From Eledone cirrhosa (taxonomy: Eukaryota): DNA of 64,000 bases. Position numbers and translations under genes: made by a program. The notes beneath the pieces are model-generated. The model had not been told where the DNA came from and made no database searches. It worked only from the letters and a program-made list of their open reading frames with translations. The stretch is taken from positions 9,176,001 through 9,240,000 of the forward strand of contig OZ024763.1 of the NCBI GenBank assembly GCA_964016885.1, given 5' to 3'. Below, one piece after another: positions 38,061-51,409 of this stretch (position 1 is its first letter; every line of letters starts with the position of its first letter).

Positions 38061-41000
38061 AGGCCTTACTTATTATACTACCTTCAACTTGCACTGCTGG
38101 TCCCTCTATTGGGTCGATGTGGGGGAGACTGTCTTTCTCCCAATTATTCTCCTCATTTAGTAGCCTTTCGTAGTGACACTTCCAAGCTACCTTCTTATCA
38201 GCGTCAGTGATGGCAAGTACACCATCATTTAGGACACACTTCTCCCCGACAATATCACTGTTTTCCTTGACACATTGCCTAGCAATCCTGAACACCTCAC
38301 GTTTTTGGTCCTTGCGTTGTAGAACATGCTTGAACTTTCTTTCCTCTGCTTCCCTTCTTGCAAAGTACACTTGTCTCCTAGCTTCCCTCCTGGCCACTTG
38401 ATAGTCTTCTCTACTTCCCCCATCCCGCCATGCTTTCCAAGCCTGCTTTTTGGCCTTGATTGACCTCTCCACCTTACTGTTCCACCACCAAGTTACTCTC
38501 CTCCTGCCTATAGGCCTGCTCCAGCCACAGGTTTCATCTGTCGCCTTCAGCAGGTTAGCTTTCAGGAATTCCCACTGTTCCTCTATATTGTACGACTCTA
38601 ATTGCTCTTCCTTACTATCAAAAGCATCAAGTAATATGCTTTTAAATTTATGACTGGCTGTGGGGTCCTTTAATTTCCATATTTTTCTCCTGAGGATAGT
38701 CCTCTTCTGTTGTCGAATACGTCTCGTCCTGACTATGAGGTCGCTAATTATGAGTCTGTTGAGACATGCATTCTTCATGGGGGAGGGATTTAGTGTTTAC
38801 AACAGACACTCTGTCACGTCTCCTGGTAAGGATATAATCTACCTGGCTTGTGTGTTCCCCCAATCTATAGGTGATCAAGTGATTGTCTCGTTTTTTGAAG
38901 TTAGTGTTACAGATAGCTAGGTTATTTGCGTCACAGAATTCCAGGATTCTGGAGCCTTCCTCATTTCTAGTACCAAACCCATAGCTTCCATGGATTCCGT
39001 CATAGCCGTCACAATGTTGTCCAACGTGACCATTTAGGTCGCCAGCAATAATTATATAATCACTGTCGGTTATTTGGGAGGTAGTGAGCATCAGTGTCTC
39101 ATAGAATCTGTCTTTTATAGTGCCGGGCAGTCCGGATTGGGGTGCGTACGCAGATATTACTGTCACCGTAGTTCTATTGAGGACAAGTCTTATTTTAATT
39201 ATTCTGTCATTCACTCTATTTACGTCTATAATCTTATCTGCTACCATGATCCTACTCCACCCAGCCCATTGTCATTTCCCACCCAGAAAAGCTTATAGCA
39301 TCGTTCTTTACCCACGATGAATCTAGCAGACCCACCCCTCCACCTGGTCTCTTGAATACAACAAACATTGACCTCCTTACATTCAAGCATTTCTACAACC
39401 TCGTTAGAGCCACCCTTTAAGGTGCCTACATTCATGGTACCAACTCTGAAGTTTTGGATTGTGTTTGGAGGGTGGGAGCGGTGGGGCGCGCGGGGGGGGG
39501 GGGGGGGGGGGTTATGTTAGCCATCCGCGGCCGAAACAAAGAGGAGGAGCCCTTGCATTCTCATCCATGAGGTGGATTTGTCTTTATGTATGTATATATA
39601 TATATGTATGTATGTGTGTGTATATGTATATATGAGTGTATATGTGTATATGTATGTGTATGTATGTGTATATATGTGTATATGTATGTGTGTGTATGTA
39701 TATGTGTGTATGTATGTATATATATATATGTATGTGTATGTATATGTATGTGTATATGTATGTATGTGTATATGTATATATGTGTGTATATGTATGTATG
39801 TGTGTATGTATGTATATATGTATGTATATATGTATGTATGTGTATATGTATGTGTATATATGTATGTATGTGTATATATGTATGTATGTGTATATATGTA
39901 TGTATGTGTATATGTCTGTATGTATATGTATATATACGTATGTATATGTATATATGCTTATGTAAGTGTATGTATGTATATGTATATTATGTATATATAT
40001 ATGTATGTATGTGTATATATATATATGTATGTATATGTGTATGTATGTATGTGTATGTATGTGTATGTATGTATGTGTATGTATGTATGTGTATGTATGT
40101 ATGTGTATGTATATATGTGTATGTATATATGTGTATGTATGTATGTGTATGTATGTATGTGTGTATATATATATGTATGTATGTATGTGTGTATATATAT
40201 ATGTATGTATGTATGTGTGTATATATATATATATATGTATGTATATGTATGTGTATGTATATGTATATGGAGGCACATGGCTTAGTGGTTAGAGCATTGG
40301 CCTGGCAATCGAAAGGTTGTGAGTTCAATTCTCAGACCGGGTGATGTGTTGTTTCCTTGAGCAAGACACTTTATTTCACATTGCTCCAGTTTACTCAGCT
40401 GTAGAAATGAGATGATAGGACAGGGGTCACTATCATTCCACTGCAAAGTGGTCGTGGAGGTGGCATGGCAAAAAAGCACCCAGCCGACAGTGTAAAGTGG
40501 ACGTGTAGGCGCCACGGAAAAAAAGCACCTAGCACTCACTGTAAATGAGGCTGGTGTTAGGAAGGGCATCCAGCTGTAGAAATCAAGCCAGAATAAGTTC
40601 CCGTCCCACCCTTGCAAACTGGGAAAAGCGGACGTAAAATGATGATGATTCGTTATTAATTCTAACCTTGTTGACTGTTTCTTTATACATGGTTTGTATA
40701 GCTCTGACAAGCAATTCATCAACACCTAGTTTTCTAAGAGTCCACCAGATAATGGAGTGGGGGACTCTGTCAAAGGCTTTCTCCAAGTCAACAAAAGCTA
40801 AGTATAGGGGTTTACTTTTAGCTAGGTATTTCTCCTGTAGTTGTCGTACAAGGAAAAGAGCGTCTGTGGTACTTTTACCTGACACAAACCCGAACTGCAT
40901 TTCGTCTAGATCAATTCGCTCTCTTATTAGTTGCGCTATAACTCTTTCCGTGACCTTCGTAACCGGGTCAATTAATTTAATGCTTCTATAGTTTCCCCTA

Positions 41001-44000
41001 TATAGGGCATCTCATTTACCCTTGTAGCAGTTAATGATGATGCTGCTATTATGCCAGTCATTTGGTATAACCCCATTCTGTATAACATGGTTTACTATCC
41101 GGGTGACCATAGTGTGCGTCGTCGATCCAGATGCTTTCAACATTTCAGCAACCACCTCCTAAGGCCCAGCTGCTTTGCCTGTCTCCATATCTTTGATTGC
41201 CTTACTTATTATACAACCTTCAACTTGCACTGCTGGTTACTCTATTGGATCAATTTGGGGCAGACTATCTTTTTCCCACTTATTCTTCTCATTTAGTAGC
41301 CTCTCGTAGTGACACTTCCAAGCTACCTTCTTATCTGTATCAGTGATGACAAGTATACCATCATCATTACGGGCACACTTCTCCCTAACAATACACGGTT
41401 TTCCTTGACACATTGCCTAGCAATCCTGAACACTTCACGTTTTTGGTCCTCGCGTTGTAGAACATGCTTGAACTTTATTTCCTCTGCTTCCCTTCTTGCA
41501 AAGTACACTTGTCTCCTAGCTTCCCTCCTGGCTACTTGATAGTCTTCTCTACTTCCCCCACCCCGCCTTACTTTCCAAGCTCTCTTTTTGGCCTTGATTG
41601 ATCCTCCACCTTACAGTTCCACCACCATGTTACTCTCCTCCTGCCTATAGGTCTGCTCCAGCCACAGATTTCATCTGTCACCTTCAGCAGGTTAACTTTC
41701 AGGAATTCCCACTGTTCCTCTATACTTTACATCTCTAATTGCTCTTCTTTACTGTCAAAAGCATCAAGTAATATGCTTTTAAATTTATTACTGGCTGTGG
41801 GGTCCTTTAACTTTCATATTCTTCTTCTCAGGGTAGTCCTCCTCTGTTGTCGAATACATCTCGTCCTGACTATGAGGTCACTAACTATGAGCTATGTTGG
41901 GAGGTGCATTCTTCACGGGGCAGGGAAATAATGTTTACAACAGACACTTTGTCACATCTTCTGGTAAGGATATAATCTATCTGACTGGCGTGTTCCCCTG
42001 ATCTATAGGTGATCAAGTGATTGTCTGGTTTTTTAAAGTTTGTGTTACAGATAGTTAGGTTATTAGAGTTACAGAATTCCAGGATTCTAAAGCCTTCCTC
42101 ATTTCTGGTACCAAACCTGTAGCCACCATGGATTCCATCATAGCCATCACAATGTTGTCCAACATGACCATTTAGGTCGCCAGCAATTATGTTGTCACTG
42201 TCGGTTAGTTGGGAGGTAGTGAGCATTAGCGACTCATAGAATCTGTCTTTAATAACGCCAGGCAGTCCACATTGGGGTGCGTAAGCGGATATTATTGTCC
42301 CCCTTTGCCCACCCGTCTCTTAAAGTAGCAGTAAAACATTCAACAATACTGAGTCAGCTTTTATAAAGTCGTTTGTCAAACGAGAGAACAGAGAGATAAT
42401 ACCAGTAACCACGAGAGAGACAACCAACCAACCACAATTATATAATAAATCAAAGTGAAAACAAAACAATATAATTCAACAGATTTTTCCAGATAAATCT
42501 TGCAAAACAATTTTTACCACCACCAACATAATTTCATCAACACACATATTATACATATATATCTTTCATTTTCTCCCTTAATCCCTAGCAAATCCCACCC
42601 CCTCCAGTTCTAAAAATAGCAAATTCTTCCAGAAAGATAGACAGGGAAAAAGCAGCAAAACAACAGAGAAGAGAGGAACCCAGTATTTGACTGGTACTTT
42701 TATTCATAAAAAGATAAAGTGAGAAAAATAAAGAGAGGAAGAATTCACATCAGTATTTCACTGGAACTTTTTTTTATCAACCGCCAAGGGATGAAAGGCA
42801 AAGTTGACCTCGGCAGGATTTCAACTCAGAGAGCATAGAACAAAAACGAATACTGCAAGGTATTCTAATAACTCCCACTTTATATGACATTTTATATATA
42901 TATATATATAACAATTGTATATATGTATGTGTATATACAACAAAATGATGAAATTAATTAAATGGAAAATTTTTCCCCAATACAAAACGTAAAAATAAAT
43001 TTAACAAAGCTTTTTTTTCGAAGAAATTAATTATATTTAATTGTTTTTTTAAGAAATAAATGAAATTAAACTTTTTATTTTTTAAGAAAAAAATTAAATA
43101 TAAATCTGACTGACCTGCAGCCATTTGACTTCCCGTGAGGGATTATGAAGATCTAACTGATATGCAGGTGACAGAGACATCTTTCCATCAGGAGCCTGGA
43201 ATATGGAAAGTATAAAACGCACACTGGTATTTATAAGGATCTCAATAAGGAATGTCACATGACAATGAAAGACATAGGCGTTAACTAATTATGTAGGCGT
43301 TATCTAATTTGCAGTCAACATACACACACACACCCACTAATATTATCATCATCTCTCCACTTGTCACGGTCCTTCGTCATCTCCTCGGTGAGATTTGAGG
43401 TCTGTTCTCACCCCCTCCGCCCATGTTTTTTGTGGTCTACTTCTACTGCGTCTTCCTTCTACTGGGATTTCTTGGCACTTCTTTACCCAGCGGTCATCCT
43501 ACATTCGCATCACATGTCCATACCATCTCAGCCTTCTCTCCTGCACACTCAACTTATCCCTCTTATACCCAGTTTCTTTCTCAACTCGTCTATGCTTGGT
43601 CGTTCACGCACTTTGGCATTGCTCATCCAATGGAACATGCTTGCTTCATTTCTCTCTAGCCTTCGCATATCTTCTGCAGTTGCTGCCCATGTCTCACTAC
43701 CATGCAGCATCATGCATCTCACACATATGTGTATATGTATGTATGTATCTGTGTGTGTATAATTGTGAACCTGGTGGTGGTGATGGAGGTGGTAGTAGGG
43801 GTTTTGGCGGAAATTTCATTGAGATGAAAGAATAGTTTTGCCAGTCAGTGTGTGTATGTGTAACAACAACAACAACACAAACACCGCCACCACTCCCAAC
43901 AACACCGCCAATCCAAACAACACCACCACCACCACCACAACGAACAACAATACCAGCAAAAACTAAAACATGATTTATTATTCTGTGAAGAAATTAAATA

Positions 44001-44188
44001 TTTTGATCAGAACAATGTGAAATATATGTGTGTGTGTGAGTGTATGCATGTATGTGTGTGCTTGTATATCGTAATTTCTATGTCTATATTTATGAGAAAG
44101 CAGGATAGAGAATCAACAGATCATGTATATAAATAGCTATTCAGTTTCATATATACACACCCACCCCAAAACTAAAACTTAACCTATC
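38061..44188. repeat. Segmental duplication, copy 2 (RTE 38061-39575 minus, microsatellite, SINE, RTE, spacers)
   Basis: Colinear with ~18013-23986; ends where the LTR element begins. Confidence 0.92.
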
Positions 44189-44194
44189 TATGAA

Positions 44195-47127
44195 AAACCT
44201 AAGCTATCTCACTTACCGTTTTTCATAGGCGCCGCTAAATCCCACTGCTGGTTTCTCCTCTTCCACGTGCGTCCAACTCCTTAACACCGGGAGCTGCCAA
44301 AATTCGCGTCCACACTGTTGCTGGTCACCACTAGAAAGAGACCCATCTGCTCGCCCTTCCGGTCGAGCATCCTTCCGGCCAAGCACCCTTCCGGTCGAGC
44401 ACTCCCCCGCACGCCACACCATACCGACATGCCCCCCTGATCTCAAGGATCAATTTCCCCCTCGTCCTTCTGCATATGAAAGTCTGCTGTCCAGGTTGGT
44501 GGTTTATGACTTCTTTGCGATCTCCGCAGTGTTGGGGCAGCACTTTGGGTTTCCTCTTCCTCGGAGTCTGTTGACACAGTGATTCTACGGACATCCAGGA
44601 CATGACGTGGTACTCCGTCCACGGACACATTGTTCTGGAAATTTACGGCCATCACCGTTCCCCTTCCCCATTGAGATGTGCAACGTGCATCTGGGGGCTT
44701 AACCCAGACTTCTTCGCACGAATGCACTCTCTCTTCCCACTGGCCATTGTGGTGTCGTACACGGGTGCCGCCACTCATATCTGAATACTGCTCTGTGTGG
44801 CACCGATTCCTCGACCTGTCCCACCCGAGGGGACATGTTGTACCAGAACACTGCCTCCATTGGTGAGATATGGCCTCGCTCCGCCATTGCCTTGATCGTC
44901 CGGTGGTGTCGCTCCACAATTCCATTCCCGCTCGGCCTGTGCGCTGCTCTGAAGAAACGGTCCACCTTCCATCCATCGAGCATCTCCCTCAGCACCTCCG
45001 AGCGGAACGCTGCGCTGTTGTCCATCAACAGTTCGTCCACAGGCCCCCGCTCCAAGAACACCTCTCTCAACGTCCGCATGATTTCCTCGGCCGTTCCAGT
45101 CTTCATCTCCCTCCATATCGCCATCCATCCTGGTCCACAGTCGACCATCGAGAGGTACGTTCCCTGTCGGTAGTGTATTACATCCACCGCCAATCGCTTC
45201 CAGTCGCGATCCAGCGGGAGGCTTCCCGTTTCGTGCACACCTGGGGCGGGATCAATGGACTGACATCGGACGCAGCCTCTAACCACCCTTTGAACACTGT
45301 GTCTGTTAACGTCCGAGTCGATTCTCCTGGCTTGGAACAGGCTCCTATCCACTCCCATGTGGTGCATGTCATGCAACCCTTTCAGATCTGACTCGGTCAG
45401 CCGACACACGGCAGCTATCTCATCTTCTACTCCTCCGGCACTTCCATCCAGGCTTTCTTCACCCTAGTTAAGACGTCTGCCCTATTTTTCTCTGAGGGCA
45501 CGAAAACTACGCTCAGCCTCAGGTCGAACTCGCAATCGGGTAGTGACCCACCAACTTTCCACACACCGAGAAAAGCTCCCGCCTACTCATACTTAGGCCC
45601 AGTTCTGGAACTTCATTTCCCCTCTGCAATACTAAGACGCCCGTCCTGTCTCGCCGTAGCCTAAGTCCCAGCGCGACTCCTCCCTCCAACGCTTCTGACG
45701 GCTTTGCAGCCAGTCACGCACTCACGTGACTCCTGTCACGCACACCGATGCAGCGGCGCCAAACAACACACCAACGTTGTTCACTGTGACGCCTCCTAGA
45801 CGGACAATTGCGTCCATGCCCATAACCATGCCGATCCCACCCACCACACTGTCTACTACGATGGCAGAAAGTCTTATTTTCCTTCCCCGTACCGCTGTTT
45901 CCATCTTGCTGCGACCTCGGCATTCAATTTTCCTGCCGTCGACTGCCCTTACGCTGTTCTTCCCTCTCCACCTCTGTGCCACCCCGCGGTCACCAGTGTT
46001 GTCATACATCACGTGTCGACGAGGGCTCGCTGTGGCTTTCCCCTCACGAAGACTTCCACCACGGGCAGTGCCTCTACTCGTAAGGGGCAACTACCGGCGC
46101 AGTAGTTCTCCTTGGATCGTTTCCCTGGTCGCAGTTAATAGCGATGTGGCCTGGTAGCTTACACCGGTAGCATATTATTTCCGGCCTTGACTCTCTGCAG
46201 TCTCTAGCCATGTGCGGGCCCTGGCACCGAAAACAGCTACCTCTGAACGTTCGTGGGCGACTGCGTGCCGTGGTTGCCTCCCTTTCACCATTTCGCTGCC
46301 AGCTGTCTTGAGCCTCTGTAGTTGCTATCGCTGCAACACTTTTCTTGGCATCTTCTGCTATGATCCGGGCTTGTTCCACCAGTAAACGCATTTCCATTTC
46401 TTTGTAACCCGGGACTTGCTGCAGTTTCACCGCTATGTCGTCTGGAAATCCATTTATGAACGCCAACCGCACCGTGCGTTCGCATTCCACCTGATATCCA
46501 GTCAACATGGCCAATCGCCGTATTTCCGCTGCGAAAATGTCAACGCGTTCACCGTTCCATCTAATTCTTGCCAGCTTAGCGAAAGCGGCTAACGGTCCCT
46601 CTGCGAACGCTTCCATCATGCGCCTCTCAATCTTTTACGCATCTCTTTGGCTGTGTTCGTCCAACTCAAGGAAGAGTACCAACGCGCCCCCCTCGAGGTA
46701 CAGTGCCATGAGGCCAGCCACATCTTCTATCTTCTGCAAGCTTGCAACCAGCCGGACTTTTCGTAGCCAAGCGACATCATCACCTTCCCCGGTAAATGCC
46801 CTGATAGCTTCGCTTGTTCGTAGTCTTGTCACCATCTTCTAATTTGTCTTGCAGTACGTGATAAAAAAAAAAAACAACAGACTCCTCTCTGTTTTTCCAG
46901 TAGCTTTTTTTTTTCAATCAGATCTGTTTCCAGTGCCGAAATAGCTTGTGGTTAGAAAAAGCTATCTCACTCACCGCTTTTCATAGACACCGCTAAATCC
47001 CATTGCTGGTTCCTCCTCTTCCACCGGGAGCTGCCAAAACTCGTGTCCACACCGTTGCTGGTCACCACTAGAGAGAGACCCATCTGCTGGCCCTTCCGGT
47101 TGAGCACTCCCCCGCTCCATACCCACA
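44195..47127 (-). mobile_element. Ty3/Gypsy LTR retrotransposon with RT deleted (gag, protease-like region, RNase H end, integrase)
   Basis: Gag with two CCHC knuckles (CFRCQGPHMARDC, CYRCKLPGHIAINC); integrase H..HHMG..CVRC, LAVDV, MDN, NGIVERHHRTIK. Diverged LTRs at ~44200-44429 and ~46955-47127 starting TGT; purine-rich PPT at 44430-44444. Confidence 0.9.
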
Positions 47128-47231
47128 TTATACATATATATATATATATAAATAATACATTATATATATATATAATATATTATATTATACATATATATAA
47201 TACATTATATATATATATAATATATTATATT

Positions 47232-47273
<42 letters not shown>

Positions 47274-47632
47274 CATTATATATATATATATATATATATA
47301 ATACATTATATATATATATAATATATTATATTATACATATATATATATATAATATATTATATTATACATATATATATATATAATATATTATATTATACAT
47401 ATATATATATATATATATATATAATACATTATATATATATATAATATATTATATTATACATATATATATATATATATATATAATACATTATATATATATA
47501 TAATATATTATATTATACATATATATATATATATATATATATAATACATTATATATATATATAATATATTATATTATACATATATATATATATATATATA
47601 ATACATTATATATATATATAATATATTATATT

Positions 47633-47666
<34 letters not shown>

Positions 47667-47756
47667 CATTATATATATATATAATATATTATATTATACA
47701 TATATATATATATATATATATATAATACATTATATATATATATAATATATTATATT

Positions 47757-47794
<38 letters not shown>

Positions 47795-47958
47795 CATTAT
47801 ATATATATATATAATACATTATATATATATATATAATACATTATATATATATATAATACATTATATATATATATATAATATATTATATTATACATATATA
47901 TATATATATATATATATAATACATTATATATATATATAATACATTATATATATATATA

Positions 47959-47999
<41 letters not shown>

Positions 48000-48244
48000 C
48001 ATTATATATATATATATAATACATTATATATATATATATAATATATTATATATATATATATATATAATTAATACATTATATATATATATATATAATACAT
48101 TATATATATATATATATATATAATACATTATATATATATATATATATATATAATACATTATATATATATATATATATATATAATACATTATATATATATA
48201 TATATATATATAATACATTATATATATATATATATATATAATAC

Positions 48245-48285
<41 letters not shown>

Positions 48286-48486
48286 CATTATATATATATA
48301 TATATAATACATTATATATATATATATATATATAATACATTATATATATATATATATATATATATAATACATTATATATATATATATATATATATAATAC
48401 ATTATATATATATAATATATTATATTATACATTATATATATATAATATATTATATTATACATTATATATATATAATATATTATATT

Positions 48487-48517
<31 letters not shown>
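47128..48517. repeat. ~1.4-kb AT-rich minisatellite built from (TA)n-TAATACATTA units, ending in (AG)n
   Basis: Read directly. Confidence 0.97.
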
Positions 48518-48871
48518 TGTACTTACAGTTTCATAATTTAAAAAGAAATAAAATATAGATATGTTAAATTTTTATTTTTAAATTTGATAAAGCTAAAACA
48601 AAACAAGTGTTTAATGGAATAAAGTAAAATTTTAATTTAAAAATTCTATGTGGGTTGGAAGGGAAGAGTATGTTCTTAAAAACGCTTTTCATTGGAAAAT
48701 TGTTGGGGGTGGGTTAACAATTTTACACTGAGATTTGAGAATGGGTATATTTATGCATGAATATATATATATATATAACTTTGATAGGTTTTGGCCTGAG
48801 TAGGCCAAAGTCATGTCTAATGTAATAGCACCACCTGGCTATATATAAATATATATATATATGAAAAAAAA

Positions 48872-48943
<72 letters not shown>

Positions 48944-49682
48944 AGGAGGGTGTTTTAAAAGTTTGACCTAGCCCAATAGGAAATTTATTTAACCCTTTCG
49001 ATACCAAAGCACCTTAAACCCCCACTCATACAAAACTATTTGTTTTAAAGTGTTTATATATCACTAAAAGTAATGGGAAAATATTTTGAAAGGAAGTTGC
49101 CCCTGAAATGGGAATACAGATGGAATAAAAGAAGTTTCATATAAATTGAAGCACAGGTTCCCGAGATATGGGGTTTTCTGGGTACCTTCATAAATGTAGA
49201 GAGAGTAGATTGAAAGAGAGACATAGAGATGGAAAGGAAACAGAGAAGGTGAATGGAAGAGAGAGCTGGTGGTGTTGTTGTATATATATATATGTGAGTG
49301 TGTGTGTCTATGACCAGTGTATATAGCTTACAGACACCCACATACATATATATATCATCATCATTTTACGTCCGCTTTTCCCTGCTTGCAAGGGTGAGAC
49401 GGGAACTGATTCTGGCTTGATTTCTACAGCTGGATGCCCTTCCTAACACCAACCTCATTTACAGTGTGGGCTGGGTGCTTTTTTGCCGTGGCACCTCCAC
49501 GACCACTTTGCAGTGGAATGATAGGGACCCCAGTCCCTATCATCTCATTTCTACAGCTGAGTAAACTGGAACAATGTGTAATAAAGTGTCTTGTTCAAGG
49601 AAACAACACATCACCCGGTTTGAGAATTGAATTCACAACCTTTCGATTGCAAGGCCAATACTCTAACCACTAATCCATGTGC

Positions 49683-49744
<62 letters not shown>

Positions 49745-49811
49745 ATGTGTGTGTTTCAAAAACATACTTACATGTTTACGTTTATAATTTTCTTATATAT
49801 ATATATATATA

Positions 49812-50185
49812 TATTGGTAAAAGGAAAAGAAAATGCTGACAAATTGTTCCCAGTGAAAAATAGTTTAATTAGGAATAAGTAAAAATTAGTAATAAGTATT
49901 GGTTAGTATTCAGTTTTAGTTTTAAGTTTTTACCGGTTGCGCATTTCTAATGCTTTTCAAAAATAATTTTGAGATAGAGTGCCCGTGATGTTTGCTCTAG
50001 GGCAAACATCACGGGCGCTCTATCTCAAAATTATTTTTGAAAAGCATTAGAAATGCGCAACCGGTAAAAACTTAAAACTAAAACTGAATACTAACCAATA
50101 CTTATTACTAATTTTTACTTATTCCTAATTAAACTATTTTTCACTGGGAACAATTTGTCAGCATTTTCTTTTCCTTTTACCAATA
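49812..50185. repeat. 374-bp loop-less palindrome (foldback MITE-like, TA-flanked)
   Basis: TATTGGTAAAAGGAAAAG...TTTGCTCT|AGGGCAAA...CTTTTCCTTTTACCAATA; only two arm mismatches seen. Confidence 0.95.
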
Positions 50186-51409
50186 CATCACAACTCGTGT
50201 GTTACACCTCTATTCTTTTAAAATTTCACATTATATACATGTCTGTGTATATTTTAATTATTTAAAAATTAGCTTTAAGTGAACATGATATTTAAAAAAA
50301 ATATTTTGAAATGAATGTGACCCCACAGGTCACAGATGGTCTAGTATTTAACTAAAAACCTTCCATCATAATTTTATGTAAGAATCATTGTTATGTTCCA
50401 AACACCAGCTTAATAATGAAAAAGTTAACTATTTTACTAAACCCCTCCAAAATTATTAACTAGTTAAAAAAATTATTTTGAAATCCATAGGCAGTGTCTT
50501 TCATTATAAATATGGTAATGAAAGGGTTAACACTAATAATTTCTGTTTAAAATTTATTTACCAATTTTGATATTTTCAAAATGTATAAATGTAAAAACTA
50601 ACAAAATACTAAAATTAATTATTATATTTTAAACAGAAATTATAGTTAAGAGAGTGTTGTAGATTGCTCAAAGCATTGTGTAAAGTGTAGAAAATAGAGT
50701 TTTATTAGAAGACTACAGCAATGGGGACAATTAATGTTTAAAATATAACAAAGAGAGTGAAGTGTTACCTTGGAGTTGTTTAACAGTCTTGATATTTTAG
50801 GATAAAATCCTTTCACCAAAAGAAATGATGGTAGTTACATTTACTACGGGGCCAGATATTTTTTAAAACACCTTCTTTATACGTATAATTGGGGTTAGCT
50901 GGTGTTGTGGGTGTAAGAAAGTGTTCCTGAACCTGTGACAGAGTTTGTAGAGTAAAACCTGGCAAAGCCCAATTCTCGGTTGGTTGGTTGGAACACAGCT
51001 GATTTCTTCCAGAGAATGGGAATTAACATTAACATATGGCAGGATTTGTATGTGTATGTGTGCATGTGTATTGACAATGTGCTGAGTATATATATATATA
51101 TATATTGCTGATGTATTGGATGGTGTGTATGTATATTGATAATGAATTTGTTTGTGTATATATATTGGTAATGTATTGGACTGTGTAATGTAATATATTA
51201 TGTGGTGTCATCATCATCATCGTTTAACGTCTATCTTCCACGCTAGCATGGGTTTATATATTTATATATATCGGTATTGCATTAGGTGGTGGTGTGTTGA
51301 ATATTTTCTATTAGCATGGACACTCCAGCCATGTCGTTAAAGATGGTGTATGTATAAAGGTGGGGAGGGACAGACAATAACTGGTCAATCTTTAAAAATA
51401 AATAATAAT

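Noticed and set aside
50895-51077. 60-aa minus-strand ORF downstream of PTPN11
   Set aside because: No recognisable motif or clear splice sites; it begins in low-complexity sequence.
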